Positions 1-21,301 of a DNA stretch of 64,000 nt are shown here, piece after piece (position 1 is the stretch's first letter; every line of letters starts with the position of its first letter). A model generated the notes under the pieces. The model ran no database searches. It was not told the DNA's origin and saw only the letters and a list, made by a program, of their open reading frames with translations. The translations under genes were made by a program, and so were the position numbers. The stretch is taken from contig NW_005434506.1 in NCBI RefSeq assembly GCF_000315625.1, positions 13,190-77,189 of the forward strand, read 5' to 3'. This DNA is from Guillardia theta CCMP2712 (Eukaryota; Protista; Cryptophyta).

Positions 1-5193
<5,193 letters not shown>

Positions 5194-5751
5194 CCGTGAA
5201 ACGCAGGAGCGTCGGGCGATCTTTGCGTGAAGAGCAGCAGGTTGAAACCTTCGTCTGTAAGGATCATCAGGACGGTGAGAAAGACAAGGTTTACAGGTTG
5301 AGAGCTCCACTATGATCGGATATCTGTGCTATCAGTTCTATCACCATACACCGGCAACATGATCGTGATATGCTATCTTGATGATAAACTAAACCACCTC
5401 AAAACAAAAAATGATTGAAAAATCTAGTAGCTTGCAAGACAATCCTTTCCCTTCACCCTCTATTGACATTCTCTGTCTTTCTACCATGTCTCTCCGTGTA
5501 CCTTCCTCACCCCGGATCTCTCTATCCCATCGACACTCTCTCCTGTCTCCGTCCATCGGCTCCTCTGCCCTGGTGTTTTCGCGGCTTTATCACAAGCATT
5601 GCGGGGGACGCGATCGACGCACATAGAGGTCATTAGAGGGGGTAGGTGTAGGGATAGGGGTAGGTACCCTCATAAAGCCATTGTTCAGTCGGGTGTTAAA
5701 AAAAGGGGGGCCCGAGGGGTACTCAAAACGGGGGCAGGGTCAGGTACTGAG

Positions 5752-5795
5752 GGGTCAGGGCAGGGGTCAGGGCAGGGGTCAGGGCAGGGGTCAGG
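5752..5795 (+). repeat. 12-nt tandem repeat (GGGGTCAGGGCA) x about 3.7, G-quadruplex potential
   Basis: Read directly upstream of the MFS gene. Confidence 0.85.
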
Positions 5796-6063
5796 CCTCG
5801 GATAACTTGACGAGTCGGAGGGCCCGCTCGTCCTGGCACGCCGGGCCGGGCTGCCAGTGAATCAAGTTCTCGGTGCCCGGCGGTGCCTCACTGACCATGA
5901 CCGTCTCCGAGGCTCAAGCTCCGACGAGGCTCACGCCTGAGTTCCGCCGGAGAGTCGCTCAGTTCAACCGTTGAACCCGTGCCCCCGGCGCGGCGAGTAC
6001 TGCCATCATGGCATTATGGCACCGTGGCACTCGGTTCGACGGTCTGTGGCACCGCAGTCACGG

Positions 6064-7752
6064 TCACGGTGGAAGGCCCTTGAAGGTATACAAGACTTTA
6101 ATATGAGCTGAGAGAAATCCTCTGAGCTGGGGTGCTCGCGTCTCGGCGATGAAGGTGCTTGTGACGATCACCGTGAGAGAACTGGAGGGGAGTCGCAGGG
6201 GGCGGGGGGCTGGGAGGGTTCTGAGCGAACATGGAGGGATACTCATGAGCACTGGTCGTGCTGGAGTGTCTCCTACGGTCGTCCTGGTGGGTTGGAGTCC
6301 ACATGCTCGGGTAGCTCTTTCTCGTGTTTGCCACCTCCTTCTCTTCCTGAGCCAGTCTGACGCGCAAGCCATGTCAGAAGACCGACAGCGTTCAAGTCAA
6401 CATGCCTGAGGCCCTCAGCAGCCTCCGCCAGCTGCTGCTTGAGTGAGCGATAGCGCTCTTCTGCAAGTCTCGTCTTCTCCGTTGCCACATGATACTGCAA
6501 GAGGTTAGGCGAGAAGGAGCTATGAAACTTCACCTTGTACTTGGATCTTCGACTTTCAAGCACTGGAGAGTCTGCAGATACAAGTCAGTTGTACCTTTTG
6601 AGTATCTCAGTGACAACCTGGAACGATCGCGGCATAGTCTCGATCAGCAGCTTGGCTGAAGCTTTTCGCTGCCAATAAGAGATGAGGCGTGAAACAGACG
6701 AAGACGAGGACACCTAGCACGTGACCTTGACGCACGATAGTCTTGAGCAGCACAAGAGCTTGTAAAACCTGGAGGAACAAAAGATCAATGCGATCACGTT
6801 GAGTGAAATGCTACAATCTATTTCTTTCTCATCGTATACCCCGCTTTCATCCCTGACCAAACAGCCCCACCCTCACTCCAACACCCGTGAATCCCACCGC
6901 ATTTCTATCAACCACAAAATGCGCTTGCTTCAATGGCAATCTCTAATCCTCGTCCTCGTCCTTGTCCTTATTGGCATCTCTTGTTCCATACCAAAAGTTT
7001 CCAGAAAGCTTGTGACCAGATCGCGGCAGACTCGGACACCAGAGTTTTCATTCCATGACTGAACCCAAACCTCATAAGGGCATGGAGCAGTGCCACAAGG
7101 ATTCTTACCGGGTTGGCGTTGATGGCACAAACTTTCTGGCAGCATCGGGAATTCGTTTTGTACAAAAATCGAGGGCTCGCAGATTGCATATGGAGCTCCA
7201 AAACAAATGAAAGTATGCAACTATGGTGGACATATATCTGACAAAGTTGAGATTGAAGGATCTTCTTTCCTTTGGCATCGAAGAGGATTTTGTGCTGTTG
7301 GTGATTCTTGCTTTCCCTGCTTTTGATCTCGGCAAGTAGGAGGTATTCAAGGAATTTCTCGATATCTCTTCCAAATGCTTGCCCCCGTCCTTCATCGACA
7401 TATTGAAATCGCTATCCTCAATCTGAGACTTCTGCAGCGACCATGGTCTATCTCGGAGATCAGCCATTTGCGAGATTGGATCAAGAATCCGAGAAAGGTT
7501 TCTGTTGTTGCTTGAACGATAAGCTTCCTGCATGAATTCATCGGCGAACGCTTCCGACTTCTGACTAATTGCAGAATCTGCATGTGTGCTTCTTTTTTGG
7601 AATTCTTCATACCTTTTGTTCCTGTCTGAGTTCAAGTTCAGTCTCTGACTGCTCGGATGCGAAGGATTGCTTGACTGTGTCGAGAACCTGATTGAGTCAA
7701 CAAGTGACAGAAATGACAAGAATATCACGCCGAGTACCCTTCTATTTCCCAT
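6064..7752 (-). CDS. Uncharacterised multi-exon protein with N-terminal signal peptide
   Basis: ORF 7105-7752 begins MGNRRVLGVIFLSFLSLVDS; downstream GT-AG-flanked exons (YHVATEKTRLAEERYRSLKQQLAEAAEG; EEKEVANTRKSYPSMW). No family recognised; 3' end approximate. Confidence 0.55.
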
Positions 7753-8085
7753 TTAGGTATTTTTAGTATGTCATAAAGGTACGGATAGACCACTGTGTTG
7801 ACGAATTTTGTGTAAGAATTATCTGCGAAAAGGGTCTCAGATCTTGTTGAGTGTCAAAACTATCTACAAAGGCATTAGCCCTCATATGTATCACTGTCAG
7901 AGTTGTCACAAAAGCAATGACTGATTCAACACCTAGTAGAGCCCTAGAGTTGCTAATGAACTTTGATAGATTGCACACGTGGATAGGCATGAGAGAAATG
8001 TAAACTATACTCCTCCAATCAGGAAGGACAGCAATCTCCTCGCAAAGCAAACCCAGATGTCACATCAAGAAATGAAATATAGCTC

Positions 8086-8137
8086 TGTACATCATCAATG
8101 GAGGTGTGTACATCATCAATGGAGGTGTGTACATCAT
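8086..8137 (+). repeat. 21-nt tandem repeat (TGTACATCATCAATGGAGGTG) x2.5
   Basis: Read directly. Confidence 0.9.
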
Positions 8138-9034
8138 AACCGGTGCATGACCGATATCACCACTTGAAGCATGTTCAACATGGTTTGCGGCACTAAACAC
8201 ACGAGGTTCAAAAGTTTGAAATGATGCTGATAACCCGCATCCCCGCTCAGATCCACTCTTTGTGATCCGGAATCCGGGCCCGCGCCAGGTAATTTTTAGT
8301 CTGACCCGGCGGGGTGACCGGGCGCCGCGCGGCGACGGTGACCTCCGCGTGACCAGGTGATCTGCTGACCGGAGGGGACGAACTCGCTCCCGGTGTGTAG
8401 TAAGTTATGTCACTTCGAACCAATTGAGGGAGTGAAGGAGCCAAGATACGTGCCAAGATGATGACTGGCGGCGGGCCAGCACCGCCGGTAATCATGTGAC
8501 CTTCCCGGGGATCGGACCGTGGCACGGGCACGGTGGCTCCGGCGCCGAGTCCCGGCTGAGTCACTGGACTCAGCCAGCCTGGCAGAGTATTGTTAGAAAC
8601 TGGCTTCAGCCTGTGCGAGCGCCTGAGGACAATCATGGCATTGGAGCTGCAGTCACGGGAGTGGAGGAGACTCTTTGTTTGATCAGCGCGTCAAATCTAC
8701 CAACATACCTCACACTGTACTGACCTGTACGGACTACCGTCATTGATGCCTTGACTCATGATGATGATAGCCTTCCCCATACTGCCACGGTCTGAGGCAC
8801 CGCCATTGTCACCCAGTGTCAGTGCCGGGATGCCACCTGCCCTGATGAGCAGCTCCCAGTCCGAGGGTCTAGGCAACAAAGCACTGAGGGGATTAAACGT
8901 TCCCGTCGTCGGAGTTAGGATGGACAGTGGTTTATTGGAAGGTGAACGTCGTTTGCTGTCAACCATTCATTTCTACAAGTACGTGTTCAACACATTCATG
9001 GTGTGAGTGTGGTATTAGAATATAATTCTTTATA

Positions 9035-9892
9035 TCAATCAGAAGTCCAGCAACCCGCAAGTGAAATCTGGTCTTCCTGATCGTAAAGGAAATTCGTATT
9101 CGCGCCTTCTCGTGTAGCACTGGGAAAGAAATCTACACCTTCTACATTCAAGGCGTCCTCGATTGTTACCTCACTCAACTGATCGAACCATTGATCCTGC
9201 TCTTCGCTATTCCACGAGAGTTCAGAAAAGCGCGGCTGCTGGCAGCTTGAACCGCTGGTGAATTCCTCGACCACACTAGGCAAGGTATCTGATCCGTGAG
9301 GAAGTATGCTATGAAAATCGTCTAAACTCGCGCCTGTGACACTTGAGTTTCTGTCTTCCAGCACAGCTTGCGCTGGTGTATTCGTGAGCTCCAACCAGAT
9401 GGTGTTTTCATTTTCTTCAGGCTGAATGTCTCCAGCTCCGTGTTGCTGAGTTCGCACCTCAGCAGATCTGTTTGACTTGGCACTCTGCCCCCACGAGCTG
9501 TGCGAGACGAGCTGCTGGCTGTTGCTTGAGGGATGTCGCATGAGCACCTGCCTTGTCTTCGAATCCTTCGTGTAAGGCCACCGGCCTATGCCCAGCTTGC
9601 GACAAGCGATCTTGAAGCTCGTTAAGGAGACTCCCTGAGCGCCCCACGTCAGTGCGACCAGAGACAGCGACAGAGACAGAGACAGAGAAGATAGAGAAAG
9701 AGAGAAAATAAGAGAGCTTACCAGCATGTTTGCTGCTACGTCTTGCCGGAAACGAAAAAGTTCTTGCAGGACGCCCTGACTGAGGACCACCGGCCTGTCT
9801 TTGCGGATGAGCCCAGTCTTGGTCCGTGTCTCAATAATCACTGAATCTGTGGGAGCCTGGATGCGAGCATGGGTTTGCTTGCCTTGCGCCAT
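9035..9892 (-). CDS. RWP-RK domain transcription factor (one 87-nt in-frame intron, 9635-9721)
   Basis: After removing the GTAAG...CTCAG intron: VVLSQGVLQELFRFRQDVAANML-GVSLTSFKIACRKLGIGRWPYTK, an RWP-RK signature, followed by an acidic tail. Confidence 0.9.
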   Translation of the reverse strand: MAQGKQTHARIQAPTDSVIIETRTKTGLIRKDRPVVLSQGVLQELFRFRQDVAANMLVSSLIFSLSLSSLSLSLSLSLVALTWGAQGVSLTSFKIACRKLGIGRWPYTKDSKTRQVLMRHPSSNSQQLVSHSSWGQSAKSNRSAEVRTQQHGAGDIQPEENENTIWLELTNTPAQAVLEDRNSSVTGASLDDFHSILPHGSDTLPSVVEEFTSGSSCQQPRFSELSWNSEEQDQWFDQLSEVTIEDALNVEGVDFFPSATREGANTNFLYDQEDQISLAGCWTSD

Positions 9893-11636
9893 TGCACCGA
9901 TGAGAACCCTGTGATGTTGCCGTGCTCCTGCCGCCGTGCGTGAGAATTTAGCCGAGGAAGCAGGTGTAAGCGTTCCTCCGAGTCTGCTCAGTCGTCACAT
10001 GATGGCCAACGTAACGTGACCTGTCGGTCTTAATGTCAGCGTCCTCAGCATTTTATCCGGTGGCACACCGGAGCATCCGACGCCCGTTGCCCTCTTTGTC
10101 ATCCGGGCACTCACACCGCAACGGTTCAACGGTTGGGCAGCACGCCGGCAAGCGCCGCGTCACGGCCGCAAACAGTAACCGTGGAAACTTTCAGTTAGCG
10201 GAACTGAATGCGGCTACAACAATGAGGCCCTACACTGTGACAAGGCCACCGTGTGATCAGACCGTTCAGGGGCCGTGCCAGGACACGCCCGCCGGGCACC
10301 GCCGCGGCACCGTGCCACTGCGCGGCGGCCCACTGTTAAGTAAGTTCCGAGAGTCACTAAGTTCAAGTTGAAACTTCCGAAAACTGCCATCGGAAAGCGG
10401 GGGCCTTCCGGTTCCGAGACGGTTCAGAAGTTCACGGTTCATTGTCAGTTCCCGACGCGGCCGCGCGCCGCGCGCGGCGGCCGGGGCCCCTCCGAGGCTC
10501 GGCGATCAAGTTGCTGACTCAGTGAGACTCAGGCCGCTCGCCGCCCGCTCCCGCAGTCCGATCACTCGGCAGTGCGCCGCCGCGTAATCAGTGATACTAG
10601 CCTAGCGGCTCCCCGGACCGCTCCGCCGGTCACTGTCGCACAGGCCAAACGGCGAGAAGAGAAAAGACAGCGAGAACCAAACCTAATCCTGCCGACACAG
10701 TGTGATGCCGCCCCCGGCTTCAACCGTACTCAGGGGTACGCCCCATAGCCGGCCGGGCCCGGGGGCGCGCCGTCACCCGCCGTGACCGTGCCACCGTACG
10801 GCACCGTACGGTGGGGGTGGCCCGGCCGCTACGGCCCGGCACCGTACGGTACCGTCACGTGCCGGGCCGGGCCCGGGCCGCCAAGCCGCTCAGGCGCGCG
10901 GCTGGGCCAGTGACCGAGGCCCTCCGAAGCCAGTAGTGGGCCCGGGGCAGCGGGATCCGACGAGCATTTGCCCCTCCCTTCGCCTTCATGCCTTCCAGCC
11001 CTCCATGCTCCTCGTCCCCTCCTGCCTCCTCTTCCTCTCCTGCCTCCTCTTCCTCTCCTGCCTCCTCTCTCCCTCGCTTACCTCTTCTGGACTTACCTAC
11101 TTTCTCCTTTTCTTACTTGTTCTCCCCTACCTCCTCCCTCTCTCGTTCTCCTAGACCCTCTTCTTCTACCTCCTCTGTTTCTCTCTTACCTCTTTCTGGC
11201 TCCGTTAGCTGTTTCTCTCACTCTCTTCACCCCTCCCTCCCTCACGACGCCCCTCCTCTCCTCCTCCTAATCCAGTCTTCAATTTACCCCCGAACTTCGC
11301 ATGCCCTTCATTTGTCATTTGCCGCTCTCTCATTTCATTCCTTCTTCCCCTCCCCTTCCTTTTCCTTCTGCCATTCTCCTTATCCTTTCACTTGCTAAGA
11401 GGAATAGTTTTCCTCCTTTCATACCAGGCTCAGCCACTCCCATAACCGTCCTCATTCTTGGATGCGCAGCTCCAGCCTCGTCCCTTACCTTAACTTCCTC
11501 GCCATTCCCCTCCCTCGTCTCTCCTGCCCTTCACAACCACACCTGCGCCTCATCAATCGCTGATTTTCCTTCCGCTCCTGTTCACGCTCACGACTGTCCT
11601 TCTTGCAGGCAGCTTGCAGCACAAGTGGAATGTCGC

Positions 11637-12404
11637 ATGCTCACAGGTGATAGGGGATATCGGACCCTCTTCCTCCTCCTTCTCCTCCTCTTGGAACAGA
11701 TGCGGAGAGCTTCACCCTCTCATGGCTGCCCGAGGGCTGCTCGTGGAAGCACGGGTTTGCTGCTGCGGCTGAGAGGAGGAGAGGAGCAGGACTACGAGGC
11801 TGAGCGAGAAGCCAAGTTGAGGAAGAACGCGGAACTGCTGCGGCAACTCGGGCTGGCGTCCTCGGTTGTAGCGACCGCCGACCCCTCAAGAAAGAAGAGG
11901 ACGAGGACGAGGAATGGGCAAGGGAGGAAGGAGCCGGTGACTGAGGGGATGGACGACAGCTTTGTCCGCCGATCGCTCAGGACTCGAGCAGCCGTCACGT
12001 ACGCCGAGAGCAGTCAGGCGTCTGAGGACTCCGGGTCTAGCAGCCCGTCTGAGAGCATGTCGGAGGACGAGGAGGACGAGGAGGTACGGTGGGATGACTT
12101 GAGGCCTCGATCCCGAGGAAGACCGTCGGGTCAGTACGGGAGGTACATGCTGAAACATGGACCGACCCCCACCGGACCCGGCCGCAACTCCTCCTCTTTC
12201 GAATGCCCGGAGTGGGCGCCGGCGGCAGAGGTGAAGGAGCTTTACGAGTTGCTAAAGATGAAGAGAACGAGGATTTCCAAGGCATCGAACGTACGAACTT
12301 TCAAGGTGAGAGAATGAGGCGAATGAAGGACAGAAGGAGGGGGAGCAGGAGGACCAGGAGGACCAGGAGGACCTGAAGCGGGAGGAGCAGGCGCAGGAGC
12401 AGGC

Positions 12405-12476
<72 letters not shown>

Positions 12477-13905
12477 ACAGGGGAGTCAAGCGCAGAAGGG
12501 CAGGAGGAGGGGACGGTAGTGAGAGAAAGGTGGAGGAGGATCGAAAATTGCAATGACGAAAATGGACGGAGGGGGGTCGGTGGCGAGAGTTGTGCGGAAA
12601 CAGAGAAATGACGGGAATGAAGGTATCAAAATGCAGGGGAGGAGCAGAGATGAGTTAGGAGCAGGGAGCACTGAGCACCGAAGAGCGAGGAGGAGGAGCA
12701 GGGAGCAGGGAGGAGGAGCAGGTTGGGAAGTTAGGGGGACTGAAGATAACGATGTAGCAGATCGCTCATGATCGCGCGCTCTGGGACATTGCCCTGCACC
12801 TGCCAAAGACCACAAACGATCTGATCAAGTGAGTGTATGAAGGAGCGAATGAAGAGATGAGGGGAGAAGGCGGCGGGGAGAGGTGGGAGATGGGAGGTGG
12901 GGGGAAGGAGGAGAAGGAGGAGAAGGAGGAGAGGGAGGGGGGAAAGGATGGAAGGAATGAGGGAAGGAAGGAGAAAGAAGGAGGAGGGAATGTTGGAGGA
13001 AGATGATGGGCTGGTGTGTCCGGCGGTTGCAGATGTTGGGGGTTCGGATCTCAGAGGACGAGGAAGTACGGCGAAGAATTCCTGCAGGTCTTGAATGCCT
13101 TCAATGCATCATGGAAGCCGCCACAGGTAGCGTCTCCTGCCCTCTCTCCTCGCCTCACCCCTCACCCCTCATCACCTTCCTCCCCTCTCCCCTCGTCTCC
13201 CTTCTCTCCCCCTTCTTCTTCTCTCCCTCTTCTTCTCTCCCTTTCTTTCTTTGGCTACTTCTCTTCCTTGCTTGCTCTTGTCCCCGCTCGCTCCGCTGAC
13301 TTTGCTCCTTGCTGCAGCCCACTCGTCTTTCCCCAACCTTCCGTATCCCGAGCATACAACGGGTTGCGGTGAGTCATAAGGAGGCAGGAGGCAGGAGGCA
13401 GGAGAGAGGAGGAGGAGGAGGAGGAGGAGGAGGAGGAGGACAAGGAGAAAGAAGAGGGGAGGGTGGGGGGGGGGAGAGAAGGAAGGGGAGGGGGGAAGGG
13501 GGCTTATCTGACTAGACACCACCACAGGCCCCTCGTTCCTCTTCTGCTTCCACCATTCCGCTCGGCTCTGTCTTCTTCAACGGCACCTGGTACCTCCCCG
13601 TCCCCAACAAGACGTTGCCCTGGCTGCCCTCCTCCTGCAAGAGTTTCTACGGCAGGTGGTACGTGCCCATGGGAGCTTGCAAAAAAGTCGTTCCCTCCTA
13701 CCCTCTCGATCTCTCCCCCTCTCCCCTCTCTGCTCCCGCACAATCCAATCCAAGGAAAGAGCCGGAGAAGGAGAAAGAGGAGCAGGAGGAGCCGGAGAAG
13801 GAGAAGGAGGAGCAGGAGGAGCAGGAGGGGGAGCAGGAGGAGCAGGAGGGGGAGGAGGGGGAGAATGACAGCGAAGGGGCTGAAGTAGAGCAGGAGGTGG
13901 GATAA
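11637..13905 (+). CDS. HRDC-domain protein with hydrophobic presequence ending in LRLRGG
   Basis: Exons ending 12305, 12761-12828 and starting 13033 splice in frame to LYELLKMKRTRISKASNVRTFK-IAHDRALWDIALHLPKTTNDLIK-CWGFGSQRTRKYGEEFLQVL, an HRDC pattern; last exon ends EQEVG*. Confidence 0.75.
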
Positions 13906-14164
13906 TTGTGGGAGGTGGACAGGGATGAGGACGAAGAAAACAATCAAGGGAAGGAGGCAGGAGGGAGGGAAACGATAGAGGAGGAGAAGGATTATTCATA
14001 CGTCAAACAACTTTATGTTATCAGAAGGATTGTAAATATGCACTAACGCTCGTAAACCCTCCATCTTCTCTCCTCCCTCCTTATGTCTTTTCCCATTCCC
14101 TCTCCATTGTCCCTTCTTTCCTTCTTCCCATCTTTTCTCTGCTCTGCTCTGCTCTGCTCCCCTC

Positions 14165-17555
<3,391 letters not shown>

Positions 17556-19357
17556 GATCTACAGTCGGAGGGTGAAGACTGCGACAGGTTGACCAAGGAA
17601 ACAGAGCTGTCTGTCCTGCTTGTTCGAGACAGCAACTCCTCCTAGCTTACCCCTGCTGACCTACACAAAAATGGTAAGACACAGGTTGCGAATCTCAGCA
17701 AGTCGCTGAAAACATAAATCCAATATTTCCTTTCCATCAACAGTTCACTCGTGCACAGTCCGAGAAGATCATCTCGATGTTAGCGCCATGCAGAGTAGAA
17801 AGAAGGAGTCGAGAGAAGCTATCTTCACATAATCATGTGTGTGTCCATTCCACTCTTTGAACTGCAACCTCTTAAGGCTGGAACATCCTTTCACACCCGC
17901 CTCCAACTTCGAACTCGGCTTCAATGCTTGCTTTGCCTCTTGTTCGCCCTCACCATCTCTTACTCTTGTCCCAAGGTGCACGTGAAGTTAGTTTACTGTT
18001 GTTCTCGCTCTATTCATTCCTTGACACTCTTCTCTTCCCGGTCACCTAACTACCTCTCTCCTGCTCCTCGCTCCTCGCTCCTCGCTACCTTCCTTTGCTT
18101 TACACCACTGACCTCCGATCTTGTCTCTGCTCCTTTCACTATCCCTTCTCCACTCCCTGCACCTCTTCTTTCTCCTGCTCCCCCTGCTCCCCCTGCTCCC
18201 CCTCCTCCTGCTCTGCTTCGCTTGCCCCACCCCATGCCATATTTCCTCGTGGTGTTGCCTGTCCTTTACCCCTACCCCCTCTTGACCAAGGCTTTGCGGG
18301 TTAAGATAGGGGGTTATCAGCATATTTTTCCTCATTACCCCATTGGTTTCCCAGAACACTACCCCATGATTGAGACAGAGACCTCATCCCCTCACTGACA
18401 ACACAACTTTGAGTATGTTTTCTAAAATCTCTGGACATATTTGGAATATGATAGAAATATTTCGAATAGCTTTGGTTCCCATACAAATGATGAGACTAAA
18501 AATTCTGACGACGACCTGTGCACCCCATCCCTTCTACTACCCACCCCGTGGGTGGTTGGTCTCGATTTTAGATTTTCATGAAGGCTTCTATAGGTAACAC
18601 ATTTCATAAATGAGTCCCTATCAAATAATCCACTCTCATGGATATTGGACCTAACATGCGATTTAGGGGAGATTGAATGACCCCTGTACCCCTTCATAAC
18701 CTTTGATGACAATACCCCCACCACCGAAATTCATTGTGGACCCGGAGTGTCCGTTGCTTCGCAATGCGTTGAGACAGCGCATACTGTTCCAACATGTTGC
18801 CTCGCCTTGCTGGCTAACATTGAACTTCCGCATCGCTATTATTCGTTCTTGTTCTTGTTCTTCTCGTTTTTGTCATCACCTTTTTCTCATTCCCTTGCCT
18901 ATGGACCTCGCCAACCTTAACGTCGGCCGGGCGCATTGTCTTGCACTGTCTTCACCATCTTGAATCCATCGGCATCCGTGAACTTGATAAGATCCGAGCT
19001 CATTTTACCTCACGTTCTCATCAAGCAGATCTGCGTCGTTCCTCTTTTCTTCTTACCTGACTTGTCTGAAACCCTTTCAAATCATTTTCGCAGGCACAGT
19101 CGTAAATCTGACATTTTCACAGCGCCCGATAAACTGGTATACCTTATTGGCTAGTTTGTGGCATCATACTAGGTCATCTTAAACTTGTCGTCGTCGAGAT
19201 GATGTCTTATCATCTTTTAGGCAAACAACTCCGCGAACTCATCTTCAACCACACCAACTGTTCTACCGAATCTTGCTTGTGCTTTTCGATTCTGCCACTC
19301 GAACTCGAGGAGCTGACCCGTGCTCCGATAGCTAGGAAGCTCTTTGATCACTATCCA

Positions 19358-19866
19358 ATGGGAGGCTGGTGCGCTTATTTGCAGTCATGTTTTCCTCTGA
19401 CACTGCTTGCAGTTGCTCGTCAGGAAAACCTGTCCCGCCAGGAGAGAAGCCGGCGCCAGCCCCAGCCCCTGGAGCAGCTCCAGGAGGAGGAGCACCTGGA
19501 GCGACAGTGAATGACCTCAAGACAGATCCCAGCACTCTGCCTGTTGCTGACGTGCCGAAGCTCAAAGAGCAGCTTGCGAAGCCTGGCTGCAAGATCGTTG
19601 ATTTTCGTGCTACCATTGAGTTCGAAGTCGCCCCCCTTCTCGCCGGTGCCATTTCCGTCCCTTCCGGCCCTGACACCTGCATCGCCAACGTGCGCAAAGC
19701 TGTCGCAGATGGCATCATCCCGCAGGACAAGGACACGCCCATTATCACTCACTGCAGTCTGGGAAGGAGAGGGTCACTCGCATGCGCAGCCCTCATGGAT
19801 ATGGGCTACACCAACGTCATCAACGGCGGAACAATCGAAAACCTCGAGGAGGCCATGGAGGCCTAG
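19358..19866 (+). CDS. Single-domain rhodanese/sulfurtransferase with N-terminal MGGCCSS acylation motif (intron 19369-19412)
   Basis: IVDFRATIEFE..LAGAISVP, active-site loop IITHCSLGRRGSLACAALMDMGYTNVINGG; a 44-nt GT..CTGAC..AG intron joins ATG GGA GGC TG to T TGC TCG TCA. Confidence 0.88.
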
Positions 19867-21066
19867 AACACCCTCAGGCTGAGCTCAACTCAATGTGGCA
19901 GCCGCCGGTAATCTCGGCTAAGTGCATACAGGATTGCCAAGGGTCCGATCGAAGTTCAAGATGATTCCCATGGTCACTGTTACGCCAACGGTCTTGCCCA
20001 CTGCGTTTCATCCTATCATACCCTTAATTCGCAGTCTGCTACAGTGATTTCTTCCCGTCACTATGGTTCTCGGAACTCGAAGCGGGAGTCACTGAAGTTG
20101 AAGTAATAAACTGTTTGAAATTGATGTTGCCGTGAACGATTCTTCACGCCCCTTAGGACTTCGGAGCCCGGATTCGGGCGGCATGTGGAACATGCCCATC
20201 GTGGTTGACACACCAGCGGCGGCGCGGCTTGAGCCGCCGCGCAATCATTGGCATTGGCCAATGATCCTGATCCGATCCGACGATGACCGTACCGTACTCA
20301 GGCCGCCGCGGCGCGGCGCCGGGCCGGGCCGCCCGGGCCCAGTCCGATCCGCAGGCCCTGGGCCGAGCGGACTCCGGGAGGCGCCCGGCCCCGGGCCCCG
20401 GGTTGACTCAGGCTGGGACCAGAGAGTACGCCGGTCCGAGCCACCGTTGTCCGATCCGACACTGGCATTCGCCGGCACCGTGTGGCGGCCGCGGCCGGAG
20501 TCCGGCCCGGGCCGCGCGAGTCAAGAGACTCTTCCCGGCCCGCGGCAGCGCCGGGCTAGTCACCGTTCCCACACAGGCTAAGTGACTGCAGTGCCGGGAC
20601 CGTACTCTGCCCTGGTGGCTCCGACCGTACGGTCCCTCGGTCACTCAGTGCTCAGCTGCTGCCGCCACAAACCGGCGGACGCTGCAGTGCTCTCACTGCA
20701 GAATCAAACGTTGAATTCTTCGCCGGGAAGGTGATGCGGCACTGGCAGGCCCCTGAAGTGGACACTGGCAGTCAACGAATCATTGCATCGCCGTTCGGAC
20801 GAAGATCAGAGTGTTGTCGGAAGTTGAGCGACAAAACTCCGAATCATTACCGTCAGGGGACTGGTTGACGTCTGATTTTGACCTCAGCGTAACTTTCAAT
20901 CACTGAACTTCGGAAAACCTGAAGCATGTACGAACTTGCTGATTTGCCCAGTAGAGAGAGGTGCATGCGTTGACAAACGCTAGCAAGGGCTTACTAGGGC
21001 TCAGGCTGTTATCAAATGTTGGTATAACATCAGACGTTCAGATATCGATGCGGTCAGAGCCTCCGC

Positions 21067-21301
21067 TCAGTTCAATGGGACCATCGAAACATTATCGTAG
21101 CTGATGGAAACACCTGTCTTGGGGTCGAGGACAGAGCTGGTGTACTTGTGAGAGTAGGACTCGGTGAAGTTGCTCTCATGAGGTTGAGGCTGCAGATCGA
21201 ACAAACAGAGCGACGTCAAGAGACGAAGAGAATAATCATTGTAGTTCACACCTCAATGCAAACAGTGTCCGTGGGATTGCAAAGTGAATCTTCAATTCCC
21301 T
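21067..21301 (-). CDS. 3' exons of a small uncharacterised gene
   Basis: Two exons with canonical splice sites: EGIEDSLCNPTDTVCIE / PQPHESNFTESYSHKYTSSVLDPKTGVSISYDNVSMVPLN*. 5' end not resolved. Confidence 0.4.

Noticed and set aside
8636-9006. Short ORFs downstream of the RWP-RK gene
   Set aside because: No recognisable motif or consistent gene model
11763-11780. Ubiquitin gene or ubiquitin fusion
   Set aside because: Only the LRLRGG hexapeptide matches; no ubiquitin-fold sequence precedes it
11637-13905. RecQ helicase or WRN (with the exonuclease at about 34 kb)
   Set aside because: No helicase motifs, and the two loci are 20 kb apart with many genes between
20132-20644. Pro/Arg/Gly-rich ORFs in GC islands (also at 10033, 39678, 43728)
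   Set aside because: Open frames expected from high GC content; no domain or codon pattern
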